A stretch of 64,000 bases of DNA from Octopus sinensis (Eukaryota), in contig NC_043015.1 in the NCBI RefSeq assembly GCF_006345805.1, positions 53,010,001 through 53,074,000 of the forward strand. Reading direction: 5' to 3'. The translations under genes were made by a program, and so were the position numbers. The notes below the pieces were generated by a model. That model was given only the letters and a program-made list of their open reading frames with translations. It had not been told where the DNA came from and ran no database searches. Of the stretch, positions 12,570-25,589 are shown in pieces. How positions within the stretch are numbered: position 1 is the stretch's first letter; the number at the start of each line of letters is the position of its first letter.

Positions 12570-13260
12570 TACCTACCTCATCTCTCTTACCTACCTACCT
12601 ACCTACCTACCTACCTACTTACCTACCTACCTATCTATCTTTCTGCATATCTACCTACCTACATTGTATTCACTCACTCTAGTCTCTCTTACCTAGCTAT
12701 GTGTCTCTTGCCTACCTGCCTAATCTCTCTTACCTACGAACCTGATCTCTCTTACCTACATGTCTTCTCCCTTACATACCTGTCTATTTCTCCTAACCAC
12801 CTGTCTACTTATCTCCCTTGTTTCCTACTAAGCTATCTCTATCATATCTAATAATCTTGGTCTCTCTTTTACCTGTGTCTCTATCTCCCATACTTACCTG
12901 TCTCTCTTACCTGTCCACCTGTCTCTCTTACCTGTCCCCCTGTCTCTTTTACCTGTCCACCTGTCCCTTTTACCTGTCCATCTGTCTCTCTTACCAGTCC
13001 ACTTGTGTCTCTTTCTTGTCCACCTGTCTCTCTTCCAATTAACATACCTCTACCATATCTAGTTACTATAGTCTCCTACCTAGTTACATACCTCTATTGT
13101 GTCCCTGTACAACTCTCTTACCTACCTATCTGTCCAAAACGTACCCACCTAAGTGAAACCTCCATCTTACTTACTTAGCTAAATCTGTCTACCTACATTG
13201 TATCTTTGTCACTCTGGGCTTCCATACCTATCCTTCTTACCTACCTGTCTATCTCTCTTA
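12570..13260. repeat. (CTAC)n-derived pyrimidine-rich degenerate tract
   Basis: Direct reading. Confidence 0.85.
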
Positions 13261-13530
13261 GGCAGCTAAGTCACGGAGACGTAAACAAACCAGCAGTGAC
13301 TTTGTGGTGGTGTACAAAAAGCACTTCATTTTGCGTTGCTCTGCGATAATATCGACGTGTGACATGTCGGCTTTGTGGAGGACAGGAGCGCAAACGTTTG
13401 ATCACTGAAAACAAATTGTCTGTGCGGTGTTGTGTGTGTGTGGGGGGGTGATGGTGGAGGTGTCCTTCAGCAATGATTTGTGGAACTCTCATCTCTGTCG
13501 TCAAAGTCAAGAGAGTCCACCACGCTCACT

Positions 13531-13584
<54 letters not shown>

Positions 13585-13984
13585 AACGTTTGTGGCCGTA
13601 TTGTGTTTGTCTCTTCCCTTATTCGGCAACCGGCGTTGGCTTGTTTCTGCAAAACAACCCTCTGGAATAAGTACTGAACTCAAAATGTAAGTCCTGCGGT
13701 AGATTTGTTCGACTAAAACCCTTCAAGGGGTTGGCTCCAGTATGGACACAGTCCAATAACATAGGTAAATAAAAGGGAAAAATAAAATAAAATCTTTACA
13801 TTTATCAATTCGTGTTGCAAGATTCCTGATGTGAAATCGCGTGTTGAAACAGATATTGTTGAATTTCGGGAAGGTCATTCTATTTTTTTGGTTATTTGTT
13901 TTGGCAAATAAACACACGCACTGTATACTTTTACTTCACTCGTTTGTTACTTTTCTTATTTTATTATTTTTAACTCATGTCCAT

Positions 13985-14030
13985 TGTCCAGAAATCTTTC
14001 GTCACACATCTGTGACCTCTTCAGCGACAC
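13985..14030 (-). ncRNA. Degenerate minimal hammerhead ribozyme motif (Penelope-type)
   Basis: Minus strand: GTGTCG CTGAAGA G GTCACA GATG TGTGAC GAAA GATTTC TGGACA; 6-bp stem II, imperfect stems I and III. Confidence 0.5.
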
Positions 14031-14357
14031 TTCTCGTCTTCGTGTACCACTTACTCCGTTCTGTTGTTCTAAAATCAATTTTATGTAGGGCTGTTGACGA
14101 TGAACACCTGGTCAGCAGACCTATGGTCAAAAGTATTCCAGCTACGCCCACCACTACATCGTTTTCATATATATTCTCTTATTCTTTTACTTGTTTCAGT
14201 CATTTGACTGTGGCCATGCTGGAGCAACGCTTTTAGTCGAACAAGTCGACCCCAAGACTTATTCTTTGTAAGCCTGGTACTTATTCTATCGGTCATTTTT
14301 GGCGAACCGCTAGATTGTGGGGGACGTAAACACGTCAGCATCGGTTGTCAAGCGACG

Positions 14358-14904
14358 TACGGTGTTGTTATCTCTTTGGTGGGTTATGAAAGGTTTAGCC
14401 CACTTTGAACTGTTAAATTCAAACCAAACAATAAGAAAGAAGATCTGCGAGCAGCTTAAGTTGCTTAAATCAGCACTAGTAGAAAAACGACCATTTTTAG
14501 TTTGAAGACGAAAGGTGTTCTTCCACCAGGATAAAGCTCGGCTACATACAGCGAGGATGACATTCAAAAAGCTGGAGCAATTTGAATGGGAAACGATGCC
14601 CCACCCACCATATTCGCCGGACATTGCCCCATCTGATTATTATTTATTCCGCAGTCTTCAAACTCATTTGGATGGAAAAAATAGGAATTCTGTAGAGGAG
14701 GTCAGAACAGTACTGGAGGAGTATTTTTTGTCTCGGAATAGTGAATTTTAGAAGAAGAGCCTTTTAACTCTATCAGATAGATGGAAGAGCATTGTAGAAA
14801 ATGAAGGGGAGTATATTTTAGGTTATAAAATGAACATTGTTTATCTTAATTTTGAAAAATAAAAGAAGTATAAAAAAATCCGTATTATTTATCGGATGAC
14901 CCAA
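14358..14904 (+). mobile_element. mariner (DD34D-type) transposon 3' half with right TIR
   Basis: VLLSLWW..KG..HFELL, FFHQDKARLH, MPHPPYSPDIAPSDYYLFRSLQ; ends ATCGGATGACCCAA followed by TA. Confidence 0.9.
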
Positions 14905-15019
14905 TATATATATATGATTATTTTTTTCAAAATAGTAACAGGATATTTTGGGTGCCATTTTTAGCAGATTGAGTGATCAGGGGTGTCTTGTGCGGCATAT
15001 AGAGCATGTCAGTCATTTA

Positions 15020-15460
15020 ACTCTTTTACTTGTTTTAGTCATTGGACTGCGGCCATGCTGGAACCCAGCTTCGAAGGGCTTTAGTCTGCCGGAACGACCC
15101 CGGCACTTATTTTCAATTGTAGAAGTTATTTTATCGATCTGTTTTCACGAAACGCTAAGTTGCGGAGACGTAAACAAACCAGCACCAGTTGTCAAGCGGT
15201 GTAGGGGGACAAACACAGACATATACATGCGCGCGTGCACAACACACACATATACATACATACATACATACATACATACATACATACATACGTATGTATG
15301 ACGGGCTTCTTTCAACTTCCATGTACCAAATTCACTTACAAGGCTTTTTTGTCGGCCCGGGGCTATAGTAGAAGGCACTCGTCCAAGATAGTGCGCAGTG
15401 GAGGGCTGAACCCGGAAGCATGTGGTCGCAAAACAAACTCTTTAACCACACAGCCATGAC
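15020..15460 (-). mobile_element. SINE family A, diverged full-length copy
   Basis: Tail, 3' half, (CATA)n insert and head all recognisable. Confidence 0.75.
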
Positions 15461-15503
15461 TGCTCCGGTAGAACGTTATTGTTAGGAAGAAAGTGACAAC
15501 GAT

Positions 15504-15536
<33 letters not shown>

Positions 15537-16100
15537 TCATCAGTTGAAGGAATACAACAACAGATATAAAAGTGAGGTTGCATTAACATTATAACGGTGA
15601 CATCATCTTGATGTTGATATCACACGGTGCTGTGTGTGTGGTGTATTCTGTGAGATGTGGCTGTAATGGATATGTATGAAAGGAATATCGGTAATATATA
15701 TGTATCTCTTGTGGAATTTTAGAAGAATAAATGCAATTTTGATGTGAAAGTGTGTATGTGTGTGTGTGTGAATAAGCACATACATGCATAATGCATGCAC
15801 AAATAGACACACAGCATACACGTCTATGCATACACACATACATTATAATGCTTAGAGCTATAAATCTTATTTCTCTCATGAAAATACGTGTTGCTGAATA
15901 TGTATAAATATTCATACATACTCACATAACACACAGACACACACACACACACACACACTCGCACGAGCACACGGGGACACACACATAGACTCACGCGCAT
16001 ATAAATATACACACGTTTATATATATCTTGAGTTGGAACAAAAGTTTGTACCGTTTTTTAAAACGAAAATTCAAAAACAGTATTCAGACATACATATAGA

Positions 16101-16230
16101 CGCAGAGGTGGCTGTGCGGTGAGTAGCTTGCTTCCCAACCACATGGCCCCCGGGTTCAGTCCCACTGCGTGGCAGCTTGGGCAAGTGTCTTGTGAATGGA
16201 TTTGGTAGATGGAAACTGAAAGAATCCCGT

Positions 16231-16280
<50 letters not shown>

Positions 16281-16520
16281 ATGTATGTATGTATATGTGT
16301 TTGAGTGTGCGTGTGTCTGTGTTTGTCCTCTCAACATCGCTTGATAACTGATGCTCGTGTGTTTACGTCCCGGTAATATAGCGGTTCAGCAAAAGAGACC
16401 GATAGAATAAGTTCTAGGCCTACAAAGAATATGTCCTGGGGTCGATTTGCTCGACTAAAGTCGCTGCTGCAGCATGGCCGCAGTCAAATGACTAAAACAA
16501 GTAAATGAATAAAAAAGAAT
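16101..16520 (+). mobile_element. SINE family A, near full length
   Basis: Same head, body and tail as 9240-9640. Confidence 0.85.
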
Positions 16521-16531
16521 ATATATGTGTG

Positions 16532-16568
<37 letters not shown>

Positions 16569-16642
16569 AATATTAGGGAATAAATCCAAACTTACAGGGA
16601 AAAATCAGATTTAGGATTGAATCCAATTTTATAGTAAAATAT

Positions 16643-16898
16643 TATATTATATTAAATTAGAGACAAAACCACTATTAGGCAAATCAAACAATGAAAAACT
16701 TAAGCCAATACATATGATTAATTTATATTATTTAAATATATAACAAAATTATTAAAAAAATATAATTAATATTAATTATATTTTTTTAATAATTTTGTTA
16801 TATATTTAAATAATATAAATTAATCATATGTATTGGCTTAAGTTTTTCATTGTTTGATTTGCCTAATAGTGGTTTTGTCTCTAATTTAATATAATATA
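16643..16898. repeat. Perfect 256-bp palindrome with no spacer
   Basis: 128-bp arms centred between 16770 and 16771 (TATAATTAAT|ATTAATTATA); no mismatch seen by eye. Confidence 0.95.
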
Positions 16899-16912
16899 TA
16901 TATATATATATA

Positions 16913-17245
16913 TAATGATAAATATCAAAGTGAGTTATCTACAGTAGCGGTAACACATCGTGACGTATATTTGCCATTTCAATATGGCTAACCCCTAAGG
17001 GTGGATGCTACTGTAGTTTTTAGCCCCAGGAGGACACACTCCTCCAGCTGGCCATAGACACACTTTCTGTGCCCTATCAGTATTTGCAAAGGGAAGTCAT
17101 CCTTTCCGTCTTCAACTTATGATACACACGGACTCGAAGTGTGTCTATGGCCAGCTGGAGGAGTGTGTCCTCCTGGGGCTAAAAACTACAGTAGTATCCA
17201 CCCTTAGGGGTTAGCCATATTGAAATGGCAAATATACGTCACGAT
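16913..17245. mobile_element. Fold-back element: 44-bp leader, 109-bp inverted arms, 71-bp spacer
   Basis: Arms 16957-17065 and 17137-17245 with one mismatch; same leader and arm start recur at 39981. Confidence 0.85.
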
Positions 17246-17866
17246 ATATATCCCCTTCTACGTTTCTCTATCTCTCTCACCTCCAGCCCCCTCGATCTGT
17301 CTCTTTCTTCTCCTCCCTCGTCCACCTTCTCTCTCTTTTCATCTGTCCCTTTCTCCTGTCTTTTGTTCTCACGTGACCGCTAGCCGCTGTTGAGCGCTCT
17401 TTTCGTTCCAGCAGCCGCCGAAGCAACACGTATTTGTTCGTCTCCCTGCGGCCATTAGGCACAACTTCACAAGCCAGCCCCATACTCAACTCGTCCTGTC
17501 GAAAGACCCTTGTCCTACGTCCTGGTTTCGTTTTGCTTTTTATTTTTACCGTTATTGTTTTTACGTTTTTGTATTCTTATTGGTGTCACGTATTCTGTAT
17601 TTTTGTTCGTGTACTTCGTTCGTTTTCCGTCCTCGTGTTGTATACATTCGAAGCTTTCTTCCAGGGGATCTAATGCGCTTGGCTTAGATTTCCCTTGGCG
17701 GGCTGCCCATATCGGAGCAATCTCAAGATTAATCAGCCGAAATTGCTAAGATGATCTGGTTCTTGACTGATGACTGAGGGCTTCGAATGTCCCGTCCTGT
17801 GGTTCTTGTGTCGTCTCTGTGGTGTTTCATGTTCTTGTCCATGTCTGTAATTATTTTTACTGTTTA

Positions 17867-17914
<48 letters not shown>

Positions 17915-17916
<2 letters not shown>

Positions 17917-18305
17917 CGGAGGTCCTGCTGCTGGATGCCTGTATCCCTGGAGATTACATCAGAGTAGGAGAGTGTGCGCCCTCTGGTATCGCGAGGAGAA
18001 GAGTAGAAATTACCTCGCTTTCAGCTCTACAATAATGTCCAGCAAACTGGACTCTTCTACCTTTCACGAGATGATACAGGTGGTAATTTTCCATATATTT
18101 GTACTTTGGTTGGATGACGCTTCCACGAGAGATTTTGGGCTCTCATAAGGAGGCGAGTGTAAGTTCCATCCAGACACCTCTCAAGCTTCTTTGATAACGT
18201 CCAGGTTTCTGAGCCATATAGTAGAATTGGTTCGACTGTGGCTTTGAAGATTTTAAGTTTGAAATCTCTACTTAGATTTGATGACCAGATCTTATGCATA
18301 TCATT
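17915..18305 (-). pseudogene. RTE-type LINE fragment (post-RT region)
   Basis: KIWSSNLSRDFKLKIFKATVEPILLYGSETWTL..LDGTYTRLLMRAQNLSW..QFAGH. Confidence 0.85.
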
Positions 18306-18409
18306 ACTAGGCTTGCAAAGAATAAGTCCTGAGGTCGATTTGCTCAACTAAAGGCGATGCTCCAGCATGGCCGTAGTCAAAGGACTGAAGCAAGTAAAAG
18401 AATAAAAGA

Positions 18410-19045
18410 ATACCTTTATTCAACCGAGTATTTCGGATTTTGTTTCACTAACTTTCACTGTCTTTGAGGCAGCTTCATAATCTTCTCCCCCAAGAACTTT
18501 GGCATCTTTCTAGGTAATGATCAGGTCCACAGCACTGAAGTTCTTCCCATTGAGAGAATTTTGTAGGAACCGACAGAAATGGCACTCTGAAGGTGGATGG
18601 TCATGTGAGTCTGGAAGGTGAGGTAGGACATCTTAGCCAAGCTGTTTTAATCCTTGCCGTGTCTGCAAGGGAATATGAGGTCTAGCGTTGTCCTGGAGGA
18701 AGGCGGCACCATTCCTATTGGTCAATTCTGGACGTTTCTCACCGATTGACTCTCCTTTAATCGGCTTATTAGGGAGCAATAACTGTCTGAATTCCACGTC
18801 TAATTTTATGGAAGGAGCACATAATACACAATGTCCTTCTAATTCCAACCTTCTTTTGAGTCTGACTGGTCTTAGAAGTGACTAAAGGTAGTTCATTTTG
18901 TTTCTCCAGGAGATTTTTCGCTCCGCATTGTTGTAAACAATCGGTTTTCCTCATTTCTAATCGTTCTTTTCAAAAATAGGTAGTTTTTGTTGCTTTTGAG
19001 TAGGGAATCGCATTTGAAATGCGGTCCGTTAAAATTTTTTCCATT
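18410..19045 (-). pseudogene. Decayed mariner transposase
   Basis: Frameshifted CDSLLK..FLKR..KPIVYNNAERKISW, KRPELTNRNGAAFLQDNARPH, DVLPH, LQNSLNGKNF. Confidence 0.85.
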
Positions 19046-19460
19046 AAATTACGAAGCACGCAAGACATCATAGTGATTCTTGTATGCGAACCTTTTTAAA
19101 TGCCTTACAATAGTAATACGAGATATGTATCTCTGCGATCTCGTATCGTATGACCTAGATTATTTTCAATTAGCGTTTCGATTTGGTGAACATCAACTGT
19201 TATAGCCCCAAACACTTATGAACAGTCTTCTATCGAAAACACCGTCTCTATTAACTGCTTATGTCTTTTTTCCTGTTTGTACAGCGTTTTTCTGTTCCCG
19301 GAAATATATATTGAAAAAAAAAAACCCATCAAAGGATGAAAATATGTCTCATTTTCCTCCATTTTCACTTTTAATGTAAAAACCGTAGAAATGAACTGTC
19401 CATACAGTAATCGTATAGACTGACGAGTAGAATTGTTAGCTTTATATATATATATGTATA

Positions 19461-19639
19461 TCGTATTTTAACGTGTATAAGGAACTCTTGTGTATAAGGA
19501 ACCCCCTAATTTTGGGGGCTTAAAATGTGGAAAGAAAAGTTTGTAAGGGATTATAATACTATCCATGTATAAGAAACTCCCATAATTTTAAAACTTAATT
19601 TTTGACAAAAAAGGGTTCCTTATACAGGTTAAAATACGC
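19461..19639. mobile_element. Small pogo/Tigger-like MITE
   Basis: 24-bp inverted repeats CGTATTTTAAC(G/C)TGTATAAGGAAC at both ends, TA on the left flank. Confidence 0.7.
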
Positions 19640-19699
19640 TGTATAATTAATATAAACAGCAGTTTGCAATGTTTCACCAAAAGGAAAATTATAATAGTC

Positions 19700-20415
19700 A
19701 CTAAATATGACTAAGGTGTTAAAAAACACCTACATTGCTAGAAATAAGAGCTAAACCGATCTAATGCTGTAGTTAACGCTCACGAATGAAAAGATATACA
19801 CTAAAAGGGACCTTCATTATTCAAAAAATGCCGATCGAGAATTTTTAATAATGACGTCAGTTTTGGCAATTTCCGTTGCCTCACCAGTTGAACCCGCTCG
19901 ATTGTTCGGCTTTTCCCGGACTTGCTCCGCTATTAGTATTTATATTTTCGTCATCCAAATTATTGGAGTTTTCATGTGCGTTAGCTACAGCATTATAGCG
20001 CTTTAGCCCTTATTTCTAGCAACGTAGGTGTTTCCTAACACCCTAGCCACATTTTGTTTTTGACAATTATAATTTTCCTTTTTGATGAAACATTGGAAAC
20101 TGCTGTTTATATTAACTTTATATATACACATTAGCGAATCGCTAAATCATTCAACAATTTGGATGACAAAAATATAAATACTAAATAGCGAACCTTGCCC
20201 AGAAAAAGCCGAACAATCGAGCCTGCTTAACTGATGAGGCAACGAAATTACTGAAACTGATGTCAGTATTGAGAATTCTCGATTGGCATTTTTCGGACAA
20301 TTAAAGTCCCTGTTAGTGTATATGTTTTCATTCATGTGCATTAACTACAGCATTAGAGCGCTTTAACTTTTATTTCTAGCAACGCATGTGTTTCCCAACA
20401 CGCTAGTTACATTTA
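19700..20415. mobile_element. Unclassified element with ~250-bp diverged inverted repeats
   Basis: 19715-19962 is the approximate reverse complement of 20155-20405; an extra copy of the outer ~75-bp block sits at 19968-20042. Confidence 0.65.
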
Positions 20416-21037
20416 GGGGCATTTATACATATATATATATATAAAATATGCTTCTATCAAGTGAGAAACGAAATCACGTGTTTGAGTGCCACCAATTGAA
20501 AACCGGTAAGAATTTTTTGTTCCAACCCAATCTATATTTCGTTTGATACATCACTGTATTTAAGTTTTATTTTGTTTTAGATTTTTCGAATTTTCTCATT
20601 GGTCTTTTTTTTGCAGCTGAGTAAGGAACAATAAAATTCCTAAATAAATATTCGACGTTAATGTGGTGGTCAAGAAATTTGATTTGTAGCCAACTATATG
20701 GCTTCAGGTTCAGACACATAGCACGGAACCTCAGGCAAGTGTCTTCTTTAGTCCAGGGCCGACCAGTTGCATTGTCAGTAGATTTCGTTGGCAAAAACTG
20801 AGTGATGCCTTGTCCTTCCTTTAGTATCTGCTGCTGAGGAGAAACAAGAGTTCGAAATGCCTGCATCTATTAGTTCAAGAGAGGGAACTCTGAGTTGAGT
20901 AAAGTGTTTTCATATTATTCCATCTGAAGCGAGAAAGTTTTCTCCCTAACTGCATTGAAAGGCATTTAACTGATTTAAATATTTCTGAAACATATTCGAA
21001 CTGGTTTTAATTCTTTCTATCTATCTATCTATCTATC

Positions 21038-21124
<87 letters not shown>

Positions 21125-22269
21125 GTCTGTCTGTCTGTCTGTCTGTCTGTCTGTGTTTGTCGCGTATCTCTTGCCAATCAGTGTTTGTTTAGGTCCCTGT
21201 AACTTAGCGGTTCCGCATAAAAAAACCAATATAATAAGTACCAGATGTAAAAGGGGAAACAGAAAGTGCTGGGACTGATTTGTTCCACTAGAACCCATCA
21301 AAGGGGTGGCCCCAGCATGGCCGCAGTCGAATGACTGAAACAAATGAAAGAAAAAATACAAAACAAGAAGTAAAAAGAAAAAAATCATTAATTTCTCCTG
21401 TTTTTTGTTCCACCAAACTTATATGTACGTACGCACATACACGCACACACACACACAAACACGCACACACACAGAGACACGCACACACAAATACGCACAC
21501 ATACAGACGCACACATACACATGCACACATACACACACACACACACGCCCACATACAGACACGAACACACGCACACACACACGCACATACATACGCACAC
21601 ACACGCACGCAAACATACAGACACGCACACACATGCACATACACACGCACACGCACACACACATGCACGCACACACACACGCACGCACACGCACACACAA
21701 AGACACACACACTGTTTATTCCCTATATACCTCAGCAATGCACCGTAACCGGAAAGCTGAAATCCACCCGTTTACCTGGTAAACTAGATTCCGAGAGATA
21801 TAAATATGTACACAAACGCGATTATAAAACAAAATAACAGCAACAATAGCGGCATTAAACAAAGGCATAAGCATTAAAAGACAAACACTTTATGGATTTT
21901 CATATATAAACTCCGGATTGCTTTTTAAATTCAGTTAGCCTACATAGCTCTCTCGTTCTAAACCTAGTTTACGGAACACTATTGCAGATTTTTACTGAAC
22001 CATACATTTCTATGTATTTTGAGAAAAAGATTTATTTAAACTGCTTTCACATGAAGGACGTGGTTGTTGATGACCTTCAGAGTACATATTCTACATTATT
22101 TTGTGTTTTCTTAATTATTTTACTTGTTTCACTCATTGGACTGCGGCTATGCTTGAAGCACCGCCTTTAAAATTTTTTGAAAACCAATCAAATCGGGCCC
22201 CCAGTACTTATTCTTATTTCAAGTCTGGTACTTGGTTACGGGGACGACCAGATGTTACAGAGGCAGAGA

Positions 22270-23560
22270 TAGAATGATATCTACCTAGATGGATGAATAG
22301 GTTTTGGATACATACTGCTAGGTACATGTGATCAATTATAAATTTCGAAAAAATATCGTTCCGTTTTTAATCAACTCTCCATTAAAATTTCATACTCCAC
22401 AACCCCTAACCTGGGATCTTATAAAATTAGTTTATGAAAAAATGCTAGGTTGTGGGCTTAGAGAAAAAGTTTATTTTACTATGAGTAAATTTAAATTAGA
22501 GATTTTTTTAGTATTTTGTTAAAGTTTCTTTTTTTTTTTAGCTATTTTATTTATATCTTTAATTTCGAATAATTGTTATATTATTTCAAGGGAAATTTTT
22601 AATGTTATAAGGTTGTTCGTTGAGCTTGATATTTTATTTGATTATGTGGGTAAATTGTAGTTTTAGAAGATTAGTTTGTTCTGGCTAGATGGTTGAATAG
22701 TTTGCTAGGTACATATGATTAATTATAAATTTCGAAAAAAATATTCGGACATGCTGATAGCGAGAAAAAGTGAATGAGAAACAGAGAGAGAGAAAAGAAG
22801 AAGGAGAGAGTGAAAGAGACAAAAGAAGAAAGAGAGAGTGAGAGAGGGAGAATGGCAGATAAATACAGGCAGGGTCGAGACGTATATTTTACACGGAGCA
22901 CAAAATATAGAGAAGAAAAACAGAGAACAAAACAAGAATTTTGTAAAGTATTATCTCTCCAAAATCCTCAACTTCAATTCTCATCCCGACATAAATATCG
23001 TTCCATTTTTAATCAACACTCCATTAAAATTTCATACTCCACAACCCCGAACCTGGGATCTATAATCGCTACCTCTAATAGGGTTAAGCTCAGCCGATCG
23101 GTATTCTACCTTAACCGTGTTAATGGTAACACGGTAACCCCAGACAACTTTACTATTTACTTTAGCAATCACCTGGTCACCACTAATGCTCTTCGAATTA
23201 ACCGCATTAACACCAGTAATTACGGTGGAGTGGATACACAACATTATCTCCTCGACTCTGATACCTCCAGAGACATTTTAAACCAACACGTAATATCTCA
23301 ACTTCCCAAATTTGTCTTCTGAACGGCAATTGTTTGCGCTATCATGTTATATATAAATGTACGGTTACAATGCCATGTTCCCACCAAGCTAAGGTTTTAC
23401 ATTGGAGATAGACCAACTTCAAACGACACCGCCTTGCACATTTCAGCTCCTCAAATTGGGCTTCTAAACAATCTATTTCCGTCGTCACCCTCATGCACCG
23501 CCTCAAGACCCAGGGCATGCCCGATACCTCATGTACTGTTTTGTTGTCCCTTTCTTTTTT
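22270..23560 (+). pseudogene. Penelope-like element remnant: RT-thumb/linker plus GIY-YIG endonuclease
   Basis: KYRSIFNQHSIKISYSTTPNLGSII (cf. FNRxxVKVSYSCMPN); CLLNGNCLRYHVIYKCTV then a frameshifted YIG..NFKR..H; partial upstream duplicates at 22286-22420 and 22685-22745. Confidence 0.8.
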
Positions 23561-23974
23561 CTTCTTTATTCTCTAATCTGTATTTTGTGCGCCTTGTAAA
23601 TACACGTTTCAAGTCTTTGTTTATCTGTTTTCTATCTCCGTAACTGCTTGATTGAGATTTTTCTTATATCTGACATTCGATGAGCAGACGCCGTCTCTAA
23701 ATGAAGAGGCTGCAGTTTAAGTTCACATCCATTTGAGCAACGTTCTCTGTTACCTGCACTTAGCTCTTATTTTGTTTTCACATACTGTTGTGTGTGTGTG
23801 TTTGTTTGTTTGTGTGTGTTTGTCTCACTCTCATGCACACCCGCGTTCGCACGAAAATACTCGTGAACTTTCATCCACAGGAAATATTCATGTAATGCCT
23901 ATACGCATATATACAGATACATTACATACGCAGATATATCCATATATATTTACATGGAGATATACACGAGCGAG

Positions 23975-23978
23975 CATG

Positions 23979-24038
<60 letters not shown>

Positions 24039-24180
24039 TGTACATAGATTCAGTTACATACCCATCCATCCATCGACACACAAATGTATATCACGCATAT
24101 ACGTATATATATATACAAACATACACACACACATATACATACATATATATACATGCCTATATATATGTATATATATATTT

Positions 24181-24214
<34 letters not shown>

Positions 24215-24253
24215 AATATACATATATACATATATATATATATACATATATAC

Positions 24254-24284
<31 letters not shown>

Positions 24285-24478
24285 TGCATATATACATACA
24301 TGCATATATATATACATGCATACATACATACACATATATATATATATACATACATATATATATTTATATACATATATATATACATATATATATATATATG
24401 CTTATATATATACATACATATATACATATATCTATATACATACATACATATCTATCTATCTATACACACACACATATA

Positions 24479-24532
<54 letters not shown>

Positions 24533-24586
24533 CATACATATATATATACATACATAAATACATAAATGTATATATATACATACATG

Positions 24587-24620
<34 letters not shown>

Positions 24621-24625
24621 ATATA
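23975..24625. repeat. Compound (CA)n/(TA)n/(CATA)n microsatellite field, one of dozens in the window
   Basis: Direct reading; produces the [12 protein letters not shown] ORFs. Confidence 0.95.
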
Positions 24626-25235
24626 CAATGACATATACGTAGTTAACACTGGCACGCAAACAGTCAGTTTACAGTTTCTCCAGCTGACAGAGAAAACGTG
24701 TAGAATGTCTTCCCTTGTTTACAATAAAACACCTTTATGATAATGTTATCCAGGCTACACCAGGTGCCTGCTTTACTTAATGGTTTTTCCTGTATTTTAA
24801 GGGCCGCTTTTCGACTCGCTTGTTGTTTCTTCTTCAAAATGCTAATTCTGTTTTGAGGCAATTTGGTTAGTATTTCTAGCACGCCCAACGAGCAAGTAAG
24901 GGTTCCTTTGTCTGATCATAACTTCGTTTGTTGGTTTATGTGGTTGCAGTTGCTGTTGTTGTTTAGCACATGGCGGCCAAGCTGGAGCAGAACTATGATC
25001 CACGACCTCTTGTTTTCCCGTTAGGAAGTCATTTTTTATCTTTTATTTGTTTCGGTTGCTGGCTTGCGGCCATGCTGGGGCATCGCCCTGATGGATTTAA
25101 CTCGAACAAATCGACCGCAATGTTTTTTTTAAAGTCAGGTCCATATTCTATCGGTCTCTTTTGCCAAGCTGCTGGATATGGGGACGTAAACAAAGCAACA
25201 CCAGTTTTCAAGCTGTGTTCGTTATGTGTGAAACA

Positions 25236-25272
<37 letters not shown>

Positions 25273-25589
25273 TACGACAGTCTTCCACATAGTTTCCGTC
25301 TACCAAATTCCCTCGGTTTTATTTTTATCTTATAGGTAGGAGTCAATGCAGTGTTCATAACCCCTTAAAGTGCCTACAAGACTGCCGGAAGGGCAGAAGG
25401 AAAATATCCTCAAACCGGAGGCCTTGCCTAAATGCTCAGAACAGAGTGAAATCCGTTAGCGTCACAAAGGGCGCCATGTCGTGGTTTTAAACTGAGCGAT
25501 GGCTTAAGTCTACCACCCAAGTAGACCCTGATGGGATTTGAACTAGGAACATACAGGTTAGTCCACATTAACCATAAGGAGCATAGGAC

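Noticed and set aside
20231-20275. CTGATGAGGCAACGAAA hammerhead-like core
   Set aside because: One-pair stem II, UUG at the cleavage position, no stem I, and the inverted partner copy does not preserve the core.
21288-24659. Long [12 protein letters not shown] ORFs here and across the window
   Set aside because: They are translations of (CA)n/(TA)n/(CATA)n tracts, which lack stop codons in some frames.
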